Virus record (IMG/VR): IMGVR_UViG_2667527373_000007
Coordinates: 2,547-66,546 of that record
Reading direction: 5' to 3' (one strand)
Length of the DNA: 64,000 nucleotides
Origin: a virus
Shown here: piece after piece, positions 36,580-47,700 of the stretch
Layout of the letters: each line of letters begins with the position of its first letter
How positions within the stretch are numbered: position 1 is the stretch's first letter
Notes under the pieces: generated by a model
Told to the model about the DNA's origin: nothing
The model's database searches: none
The model's input: only the letters and a program-made list of their open reading frames with translations
Position numbers and translations under genes: made by a program

Positions 36580-37378
36580 ATGCTTCTACCTCATACTCTG
36601 GTTTACGATCCCAGTCAGTATCAGATTTGGTGCGACCCATTTCAATTGCCTGTGATTGTGGCAACATAATACCGATGTGATCTTCATACAATATATTTAT
36701 GTCCCATATTGTATCACATTCTTCAAACTTTTTCAATAGTTTTTGATAAGAAACAAGCATTGTAGATAGTTGATCTTGATATGCTTCTGCCTTTTCTAAA
36801 ATCTTATTTGCTAATACATTCTTTTCTATAGCTCTTTCTGTAGCAAGGTAGTCAAGGAAAGGTGTTTTATGTCCATCTGCACCTTTGAATGCTAACCATT
36901 CTCTTGCTTCATGCTTTTGTATTTCCCAAGAAGCAACTTCCAAATCAGATGTATCTCTTAGATTCTTAATTCTTACGTTGAACTCGTCTTCAATAATTTC
37001 TTTTGCAAAGACATACATGAATTCAATGACTTCTTTCTTAATTTCATCTGTCATTTCTACAGGAACTTTAAGAATACCACCAGCAGGAGTCCATGCTTGA
37101 GCAACACCCTGTTCATTGACTGTTGCCATTACCTTACCAAAAGGTCTAGTCTCACCGAAAAAGTTAGATCCGTTAATAGCTTGTTTTTTAGTAATCTCTT
37201 TAAACTTGTGTTCCCACTCTTTAGAGATTACTTGGAACACTTCTTCAGTTACTTCTATACATGAAAAATGCATTAACTGAAAGATCGCATGGTAATGCAT
37301 CCTTTCGTCTAATGTCTCTGAAACATTGACAAACTGAGCTTGGTCGATCTCTTTTTCGTTTACGATTATGTATCTCAT
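36563..37378 (-). CDS. possible tail-fibre assembly chaperone-like protein
   Basis: Likely start MRYII (ATGA overlap with the upstream stop); SWEIQKHEAREW...PFLDYLA..R.I....LANKI..KA..Y pattern as in DUF4376-like chaperones. Confidence 0.55.
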   Translation of the reverse strand: MRYIIVNEKEIDQAQFVNVSETLDERMHYHAIFQLMHFSCIEVTEEVFQVISKEWEHKFKEITKKQAINGSNFFGETRPFGKVMATVNEQGVAQAWTPAGGILKVPVEMTDEIKKEVIEFMYVFAKEIIEDEFNVRIKNLRDTSDLEVASWEIQKHEAREWLAFKGADGHKTPFLDYLATERAIEKNVLANKILEKAEAYQDQLSTMLVSYQKLLKKFEECDTIWDINILYEDHIGIMLPQSQAIEMGRTKSDTDWDRKPEYEVEAYVFKF

Positions 37379-38661
37379 TATTGTGCCTGTAATGCGGTTA
37401 ACGCGGTGGCAGCTGAAGCACATCCACCAGATGATTGACCATAATGACCTTTAGGTCTTGTTGCTGGTCCCATGTTTGTCTCAACGTCAGTTGAATAATC
37501 CCACTTCGTAGTGTGGTTGTTCTGCTGACCGTCGTATTGTCCCATCATATATCCTTTGTCTTGTCCCATCATCATGTTCTCTTCACCATAAGCACGAACC
37601 TTAGTTCCGTTCTTAATACCATTTCCACTTGAACCATTATACTTAGTCCAAGGAGAAGTAACGTTGTTACCAGTTCCACAGTAGAAATGTCCATACTTGG
37701 AAGGAAGTGGTTTACAAACTCCGTCAGGTGCAGCGTTAGAAGACCAACCACCCCAACTATCGTTAGAATGATTACAGTAGTATCTACTTCCTCTGAATGA
37801 TGCCCATGTTCTATCTTCATCACCACATGATGCAGTGTGGTCAGAACCAGAAGGTGAGTTACCTGCCTGATACATGATTTCAGTTGGGAAGTGTAACTTA
37901 CCTACAGCAGAGTTTCCTCCACCTAAGTTATATCCATGCTGTTGTACTTGTGCAGTAGCACATGAGTTTCTATCCCTAGAAACAGGCATGTTCCAACCAC
38001 CAACAGTACCATATCCCATAACACCTCGTGGATCATCTCCTTCCCAACCATAGTTAGAAGGTGAATAAGTACCACCGCCAGGGTTTGATCCTGTAGTACC
38101 AAACATTCGTCTCATTCCAGTATGGAGGTTGATCGAACATGTGTGGTTAGAGTTTCCAGTGAATGAGTTAACACATCCATGACCATAACCGAAGTAATCA
38201 CTCCAAGTACAGTCAGCGTATGTTAATGCGCGGTCAAGTTGTTCTCCACAATAGAACGTAATGTCATTAGCGTGCCAAGTCTTATTAACAGTTCTCCAAG
38301 GATTAGATCCTTTGTAACCAGCAATCAGATAACCATGTGTAATCAAACTTCTGTATCTAAATCCTGTTAAAGGAGCAGATGCAACTGTCTGTCCTGGGTA
38401 TGCCCAGAATACACCGTTACTACCATCAGATACGAGGTAAGATCCTCTTGTGATATCAGTTGGAGCAGGAATACCACCACCAACGTCATCCCAATCACTA
38501 CCACCCCAAATTTGGGCTTTGCCTTCATCAGAGTTCCAGATCAGTTGTCCTGTATTAGGAGAACCAGGTCTATTGGAATTTGTGTATGACGGCAACCGAA
38601 GTCCTGTTCCGCTTAAACTAGCGGCCCCAGTGACGACAGTACCAACTGTTAATTGTGACAT
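37378..38661 (-). CDS. putative fibre-tip / Kelch-like propeller protein
   Basis: N-terminal MSQLTVGTV and LRLP...RP..P..GQLIWN......W fibre-type motif; repeated G(Y/F)xx(A/G)G blades. Confidence 0.55.
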   Translation of the reverse strand: MSQLTVGTVVTGAASLSGTGLRLPSYTNSNRPGSPNTGQLIWNSDEGKAQIWGGSDWDDVGGGIPAPTDITRGSYLVSDGSNGVFWAYPGQTVASAPLTGFRYRSLITHGYLIAGYKGSNPWRTVNKTWHANDITFYCGEQLDRALTYADCTWSDYFGYGHGCVNSFTGNSNHTCSINLHTGMRRMFGTTGSNPGGGTYSPSNYGWEGDDPRGVMGYGTVGGWNMPVSRDRNSCATAQVQQHGYNLGGGNSAVGKLHFPTEIMYQAGNSPSGSDHTASCGDEDRTWASFRGSRYYCNHSNDSWGGWSSNAAPDGVCKPLPSKYGHFYCGTGNNVTSPWTKYNGSSGNGIKNGTKVRAYGEENMMMGQDKGYMMGQYDGQQNNHTTKWDYSTDVETNMGPATRPKGHYGQSSGGCASAATALTALQAQ

Positions 38662-38705
38662 AATTACCCTATGACTTGTTTCCGCGTACTTTTATTTATC
38701 AAATC

Positions 38706-38713
38706 TATTTATA
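38706..38713 (-). promoter_or_regulatory. T4 late promoter TATAAATA heading the oxygenase cassette
   Basis: Exact consensus overlapping the fibre stop; a second GATAAATA at 38693-38700. Confidence 0.7.
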
Positions 38714-41700
38714 ATATAGTCCAGTTACCACCGTTATCTACAGTGACAGTAACGCCACTTGTGATTTCGATAGGTCCAAATGAGAATGCGTTGGTGTTAT
38801 TTGGAACCGTTGCATTAGCACTGATTGAATCTCTATTAGATTTGATAACACCATAGTCATCCAACCATTGCTTATCCCCATTTGCTTCTAGTTGACCAGT
38901 AACATGAATGTTACCTTCAACTTCCAATGCTTCTACTGGATCTCTATCTGTTGAGAAGTTAATACCAACAAGAGATTGTCTGTAGATGTCATTATCATTA
39001 GGAGATTTAGTCCATCTTGATGTGACGAATTCAGCATTATTCTGGAAGAGTTGACCATTTAAGTTAACATCACCCTGAATATTTAACTGATAATCTCTGT
39101 TTACATTTGGTGATACAGTTGTATCTGTTCCAGAGAATACATTTGTGTTAATAGCAACTCTTCTGTTAGTACCTTGAACAGCAACAGCAGGAGTATTCTG
39201 CCATGTAACATTACCATTAGCAGTAGATGGAGTGATTTCAAATACATCGTTCCATCCAATCTGGTTACCAATTCTGAAGTTCCTTGCAGAAGAAGCACCC
39301 TTGAAGTAGATAGGAGCACCAGAGTTATCATTAGCAGAGTCAATACTCCAACTACCCTGAACCATACCAGAACCATTAACGTCTAGTTTATAACCAGAAG
39401 TTGCTGCTCTACCTATTCCAACATTACCACTAGAATTGACATGTAAAGAAGCAGAAGGAGCTTCTCCACTAAAGGAGTACATAACCTTAGACCAAGCACG
39501 GTCTACGATTTCAAACTTAGTATTGGATGCAGAATCACCACCAAGTTGTATAGTTAATGTACCATCTTCTCTATCTGCTGCACGACCAATCCATGCTTCA
39601 CCAGCGTTTGTCTGACTCTGTGAGAATGTACCAATTCTTATTGAACCACGTACATCCAACTTAACATTAGATGCTGGTGATGAAGTACCAATACCAACAT
39701 TGTTCTGTGAAACATCAACGAATAATGTACCAGAATCTACATTAACATCATCAGTTAATGTTGTTGTACCAGTAACAGAAAGGTTATTAGAAACTGATAA
39801 GTTAGAACCAGCACCAGTAATGTTTAGCGAACCAGTCATGGTATCGCCAGTCTTCAATACGTTGAGTGAAGATGCACCAATAATAGATGCTGTAATAGTA
39901 CCAGCAGAGAAGTTACCAGAAGCATCTCTCTTAACAGCAGTACTTGCAATGTTTGCTGACTGGAAGGTAATATTACCTGCGTTCCATGCTGTGTTACCAT
40001 TGATTGATAAACCATCAGCATTAACAACCTGAATATCTAATGTACCAGATCCATCAGTTGCGTTACCACCTTGTGCTATAAGAGCAACGTTATAGTTAGA
40101 TGCTGCACTAGCAGAAGACTTGAAGTAAATGGATGGAGAAGTTGCCTGACCATCTGATCTACCTAAGTTTAGTAAAGCTTGTCCACCATTATGATAAAGT
40201 TTTGCTACCTCATAAGTATTAGCATCTTGGATAGTAAAGTCATGGAATGTAACTCTCTGACTTGCAGTACCAATTGTTTCAGCACCAATAAAGTTACCAG
40301 AAGTTAATCTACCAATAAGTATTGTGTAATCATTAAAGTTATCACTAACATCATCATTGATTGAGATGTTATCAATCGTGAAACTACCAACTGCCTGTGC
40401 GTTAGCATTGTAAAGGTTAACTGGGTTACCTGGAATCCAAGGAGATGTATTTAATATTAATCCAGAAACATAGATCTCATACTTAGGATCTCCTAAGAAT
40501 GACTTAACTGTAGTTGAATTATTGAATACTGTTGGACTTAAGAATCTAGGTAATCTATTATCAGAAATAGTACCAAAGTTGATGTTAAGAGCATTCTGAT
40601 ACCAAGTACCTTGCTTGTTATCAAATCTATCAGCATCAAGTCCTGAATCTACACCATCGTTAAGTGATGTCCAGACCTTACCCCATGATCCCCAAGTTGT
40701 AACACCTGTTCCAGAACCACGCAACCACATGTTGTCGTTGTCTGTGAATGCAAGTTGTCTTACACCACCAAATGTAGCATCAAAACCAGAACCACCATTT
40801 CTTAAAGTTAGAACTAGGTTTCTAGTACCACCATCAGTAAGACTGTTAGCACTATTGAATATAGTGTTAGCGATAGCACCTTCAACGAAGTTGTTTGGAG
40901 CAGGGTTTGATGTAGGGTTGTTAGTACCAGTTAGTAGTCTGATAGTGTTCTGAGACTGACCAGAAATACTAATGTTATATGTACCAGATAATCTATCAGT
41001 AGGTAATGTACCAGCATTCTGGTTACCAGAGTTTAGATAGAATGAACCTTGAGCACCGTCTAAAAGGTCAGCGTCAAGTCCGCTATCAGGTCCAGTCTTC
41101 AGTTCGACAGAACCATTTCCTGCTATACCAATATTAAATTGTGCCTTCTTATATCTCGAAACACCAATGGTTCCATAGAGGTCAGAAGAAATTGTCTGAT
41201 CTGTTACACGCTTAACGTCCATAGCAACGTTAGCATACTGTCTAATAACAGTACTTACTTTCGCTTCTAGGACTAAGTTAGATCCAGTTCCAATTTCAGA
41301 TGGAGCAACTGTAATAGAGAAGTCAGCGTTATATCCACTACCAGCATCAACAACAGTTACTTCTGTTACTGCGTTACCAGATACAACTATATTGACCTTA
41401 AGATCAGTTCCTGTACCACCTGATAATGCAACACCAAAGTATTGACCATTGGTATATCCAGAACCACCATTAGATATGATAACGTCATCAATGAAGTTAC
41501 CTTGCGTGTAAGTTGACTCAAAGGTCATTGGAGACTCACCACGCTCAAACTCCAGAATAGTTCCAGCAACTATATTCTGAGTAACTGGATTATTAATAGA
41601 GACTGTAGTTAATCCACCAGCAGTGACAACACCTGTAATATTTGTGTTTGGATCAATTCCAGTATTGGTCTCATTAACTGTATGACCAACCAAAGCATTC

Positions 41701-44700
41701 TGGTTTGTCTGGAATATTAACTGGTTAGTACCTGTACTTGCCTGTGAATATAACTGAGCAAAGTATCTGTTCTCAGCACCTTTGAGTGATTGAACTGCAA
41801 GTGAGAAGTTCTGGTCACCACGTAAGAAGGTGAAGGAGTTAGCAGCACCACCTGATGCCAATCTATCTGTTTCAATAACACCAGATGTGATGTCAGAAGC
41901 AGCAATTTGGTTGGTAGATAGTGATACCCAGTTGTTAGCAACAGTAGCAGATGTGTTTACAACACGATTGATATTAACTGTTGTAGCAGTTGGTGTTGTA
42001 CTATCATCAAATGTATCAGTATCTTCAATCTTAAGTTTGTTAACAATGTCACCGTACAATCTACTTTCAATTAAACCAACACCCTGTGCTTGTGTTCCAG
42101 CTCCTGGAGGTGCAGCGAATGTGATTGTTGGAGCAGTGGTGTAAAGTTTACCACCTTTAAATCCGTTAAATTCTTCAATAGTAACAGTAACAACCTGTCC
42201 ATTAGCAACAGTACATGTTGCAGCAGCTTGAACTGCACCAGCTTCAGGGTTACCACCAGTAATTGTTACTGTTGGTGCAACTGTGTATCCAGAACCAGAG
42301 TTAGTAATATTAATCTGATAGAGAACACCTTTTCTATATTCAGTAGACTGAATCTGACCATTAGATATGCTACCAGTAAAGATATCACCGATAGTAAATG
42401 CTAATGAAGCATTAGGTGTAAATCCTAAGTATAGACTTGTTAAGTCATTGTTCAAGATGAAGGACTGTGAACTATCCTGCTGAATCGCAATGTCACCAGC
42501 AAGTGCTCCTTCTAGATCTAATCTTGATGCTTGATCAGGAACAGTGTAAACACTGAATGGTCTCAAAGCAGGAATCTGGTCAACAGATATCTTACCTGAG
42601 TCTGTCAATTCAACCAGTGCTCTTGGAACAGCGTTAGTTGAATAAGGCTTGTTTATGTATGGACCTAAGTTGTTTGTAATGTAGTCTCTAACTGCCTTCT
42701 GAGTTGGTAGTTTGGAGTCAGATGCATTAGATCCACCTAATGTATTAGAGTCGTCGAATCCAGTAACAACAACGTCACCACCTTTCAGTTTCAAGAATTC
42801 AACTTCAGAAATTGTAACAGTACCAGTGAAAGTAATGTTACCAGTTCTGTTCTCAATTCTAGCGAATGTACCAACCTTGAAGTCTCCTAGTTCGTCAGTA
42901 CCAGAAACGTAAACTCGTCCATAGTTCTCAGAGACCTGTTCATTTGCTTCAATCTTAGTACCACCGTTCTCAGGTAGAGCAAGGTAGTTAGTACCAGATC
43001 CAGCATATTCCCACGTATGAGATGAGGAGTTAACAATAGATGGTCTATGTAATCTTAATGTTTGACTTAATAATGCACTTGTTGCAACTGCATTACCAGT
43101 AGCATCATCAATCATGCTCATTCCACCACCAGTACCATCATCAATGGTTAACTGAGCAGAGAAAGGAGGACCAACGGTGACTGCTGCAACAGAATCAACG
43201 AAGTATTCTATACCATCTACAGCATTACTATATCCATCAATCTTCAAGACATAGTGCTCTAGTGGTTCTCTTCCTAATCCACTGACTGTAAGTATTGTTC
43301 TACCAGTAGGTGTGGAAGATACGTTAGTAATAGTACAAACATCAAATGTGTATGGTACTGCACTATATCCAACACCTCTAAGAGCGAACTGACCAAAGTT
43401 AGTAGCAGAGTTGGTAATAGAGATATATCCACCAGATGATGCTAAACAACCGTCTCCAGCAAAGATACAGAACACAGACACCAACTGTGCATATCCATCA
43501 TTGATTACGTTATATCCAGTACCACCAAATGTAACCATCGTGAATGCGTTTGCAACCATCGACTTACCTTGGTTCGGGAAGGATGCAGAACCATCAAGTT
43601 CTAATCCTGGGAATGGACAGTTAGGTTGCTTAACTTTTGCACCATCAACCAGAGCACCACTACCACCTAAGAATGAGATAACAGAAGAGTTCTGAGTATA
43701 TGGAGATGCCTCAATGATTGGATAGTCATCAAAGTCACCACGAATTGCAACTCTCTGATTATTAGCATCATAGATGTAACTATCAGGATATGTTGCTATT
43801 GTTGAAGTATCAAATAGAGTTCCATAAGTTTGTGTAGTATCACCAGAAGCTATTGTTTCGTCAAGGATATCCTCGAACAATGCCATCTCTGTAGTAATTG
43901 TAGATGCAACGTTAGCACAACGTGGAGTGGATCCAGTGTAAAGAGTAATGTTCCAATCTTCAAACTTAGGAATTGGTGAATCAGTTGTTACCTGATCGTA
44001 GATAACATAGCATCCATTTGCTTTAGCAGAATCAAATGCGTGTGTAGAAGCACTAGCACTACCAGCAGCACCTACATTAACTGTAACAATTGTATTACCA
44101 CCAGAAGTTGATACATTAGTGATTTCTAGTGATCTACCATATGCCTTCTTATCAGCAGGAACTCTTCTAGGATATGCGTGAGTAGAAGCACCACTATCAA
44201 CATCACATGTAAATGTTAATGCTTCTTCAGTAAATGCAAATCTATGAGATGTTGTAACTGCTGTAGTAGGAGTTGGGAATGTTACTGTAAGATCACCAGT
44301 GTTAGCAGTATATGTTGCAGTAGATGGTGTAACTACAGCAGGAAGTGTAGTACCTGCACTCCAGTTAGAAAGTGCATCTATAGAATAATCTCTAACCTTC
44401 TGATATGCATAGATGGTCTGAGCAAGCATTTTTGTTTCAATACCTGTCAACTGAGTTCCAGTGAAGTATTCTTCAGCAGCAGTTACAATACCTGTGTTAC
44501 CACCAAGTACAAGGTCACGAATAAGACCTGATAAAACAATATTAATATCTCTACGACACTTCCTTTCATCTACATCAGAAAGATTTGCTTCTGGGAATTG
44601 TACAAGAGTATCTCTTAATGCTTGGTCAGCAATAAGATGTCTGTTACGTGCGATTAGATATGCAGCATCAAGATAAGTATCAGCAGCATTATTTGAGATA

Positions 44701-47700
44701 ACATCTACGTATAATAATGAAAGAGTATCAATAGCAGCTCTTACATCATCACAAGCAGGAGTACCAGCAGTTGCAGTTCTTGTGGTTGGGTCAAAGTATC
44801 TTGCAACAGAAGAATGCTCTGGAACATACTGAAGATCTGTTGGTAATCTATTACCAGTTCTCCAGTTACACATAGCATATGTTGCTAATTCCTTCGCATA
44901 GAAGATACTACGAACTACCTGTGTTATTTCATAATCAATATATGTAATCTTGCCATCAACGATGAGTTTCTTACCTGCCTCAACGATGTTATGATTTGTT
45001 CCAAATTCTAAGTCTCTTACTAGAGCATTCAAGAAGTGTACAGTATCCTCACGGCATTGCTCATCACCATTTGCTCCACTAGCATCTGGAGAACTATATG
45101 CAGGATATGTCTTCTGACCTGATGCACAAGACATCAGAATATTTGCTAACTTGACAGTATCATCTTCAGCAATATTTGGAATAGCAGCTGAAACTGTTAT
45201 GGTTGCATCACCAGTTACAGCATTATCATATACAAAATCAGTAATGTTATATGAACTACCACCAAATTCTACTGTACCACCACTAACATACGTATGTACT
45301 TCAGGTGTTACACCAATATTTGCTTTGAATATACTACCACCAACAGATATAGCATTTGTTCCTGCTCTTACAAAAGTATGTGCAGATTGTGGAAGGTTCT
45401 TAACACAATTTGTAGCAGCAGATATGAATGAGTGTACAGATTGTGGTAAACACTTAACTGCCTCTGAAGTAGCACTTACAAATTCGTGTGTGTACTGACC
45501 ACCAATTACACATGCACCAGCAGTTGCAGATACAAATGTATGAGGATAGTCACCACCCACTATAATCGCTCCAGAAGACGCTGAAACGAAGTTATGAGGA
45601 TAATTACCTCCGCTAACTACAGCACCAGTTGCAGTGCCACCAGCCCATGTATGAGCATAGTTACCACCAGTTATCAATGCATCAACAGCAGCATTAATAA
45701 ATGTATGACCAGAAATATCAGATGAAGTACCAACATTCATCTTAATTGTGGTAGCAGTTACACCTGTAATTGTGACTGCTGTATTGTATGCAGGGTCAGG
45801 AGTACCAGCGTTAGCACCCTCACCAGATGAACGTGGATATGTCTTCTGAACAATATTACCATCAAGTCCACAAGTAAATGTTAATGAATTGTCAGCAAGT
45901 TTTACACTCTCTCCTGTTGTAAGACTGTGTTGACCAATTGTTAATTCTAATTCTCCATTAACAGGATTATAAGAAGCATTGGTTGGTGTGTACTTAAGTA
46001 AAGGAGTTGTTCCTACATTTACTGAGATTGTTGTTCCAGTTACTGCTGTAATAGGAATAGAAGTATCAGATACTGGGTCAGTTGATCTAGGATAAGTATG
46101 GTTTGAACCATTTCCATCCATAGCACAAGTAAATGTCAGTGCATTATCTGGAATCTTAATACTTTCACCTACTGTTAATGTATGAGATCCAATTGTCATC
46201 TCCATGACACCTGTTGCTGGATCGTATGTTGCGTTAGTAACGTTATGATTTACAAGAGGAGATGCACCTACATTAACTGTAATAACACCAGACTGATGCT
46301 TAAGACCACCTGTAGTCGCAGACTGGAATGAGTGTGTGTCTAGATTACTAGAAACACCAACGTTAACACTAAAACTATTAGCAGTTACGTTTGTAATTTC
46401 TAACCATTCAGCACTAGCAGGATCAGTAGGTCTTGGATATGTGTGATCACTACCATTAGCATCCTTAGCACAACGGAAAGTTAATGAATTATCATCAAAC
46501 TTAATTCTATTTGTATTCTGGAAACCGTGGTTTGTAATTGTAATAGCAAGGTTACCAGTTGAAGGAGTATATACTGCGTTCTCAACAGTGTGTGATGTAG
46601 ATCCTACATCAGTTACAGCAACAGAAGTACCGTATACTGGGTCAGTAGAACGTGGATATGTGTGGTTACTTTGGTTACCATTCATTCCACAAGTAAATGT
46701 TAGAGAATCATCAGCAATTCTAATAGATTCTCCTGTTACTATATTGTGATTACCAATGGTTAAAGTTAAATCTCCACTAGATGCAGTATATGTTGCATCA
46801 GTTGGTGTGTATTCTGAAAGTGGAGTAGCTCCAACATTAACTTGAATTGTTCCATCCTGTCTACTTATTCCATTAGCATTAGCAGATACAAATGTATGTG
46901 GAGAAGTATTAGAAGATGTACCAACGTTAACTTTGAAACTGTTTGTTGTTACATTAGAAATTGTTAACCACTCATCACCAGCAGGATCATTTAATCTTGG
47001 ATATGAGTGAGTAGATTGATCATTGTCTAGATCACAAGTAAATTGTAATGATTTCTCAGCAATTTTAATCTTGTCACCATTACTAAATCCGTGATTAGTA
47101 ACAGTTAAAATTAATTCACCATTATTAGGATTGTAATATGTACCACCTACTTGTATTGCACCTGTGGCAACACCACCGCCCCATGTATGAGCATAGTTAC
47201 CACCGCTAGTAATAGCATTAGTTGCAGTAAATCCAGGCTTCCATCTATGAGTTGAAGTATCTGGAGAAACACCAACATCCAAAGTAATTGATGTTGAGGT
47301 TACATTAGTAATAGTAACTGCTGTTTGATATGCAGGGTCAGATGAACGTGGATATGAGTGATCAGTTGCATACTGGTCTTTCTGACATTGGAATGTCAAT
47401 GATGCATCAGCAATTCTTACACTAGTACCAACAGCAAGACTGTGAGCACCAATGGTTAATGTCATAAGACCTGTTAGAGGGTCATATGCACCGTTTGTAG
47501 CAGTGTGTTGAGTATTTGATGTAGTTCCAACATCGAGAGTAATTGTAGTTGCTGTAGTCGCAGAAACTGTTAATTCCTGATCATATGCTGGATCTGTTGT
47601 TCTAGGATAAGTCTTAGTAGCAGTTTGACCATCCATTGCACATTTGAAGCCCAATGAATTCTGCTTTATTCTAACTTTACTAGCAGTTGTAAGACTATGA

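Noticed and set aside
37379-37423. N-terminal extension MCFSCHRVNRITGTI of the 286-aa ORF
   Set aside because: It overlaps the upstream gene; the ATGA-coupled start MRYII is more plausible.
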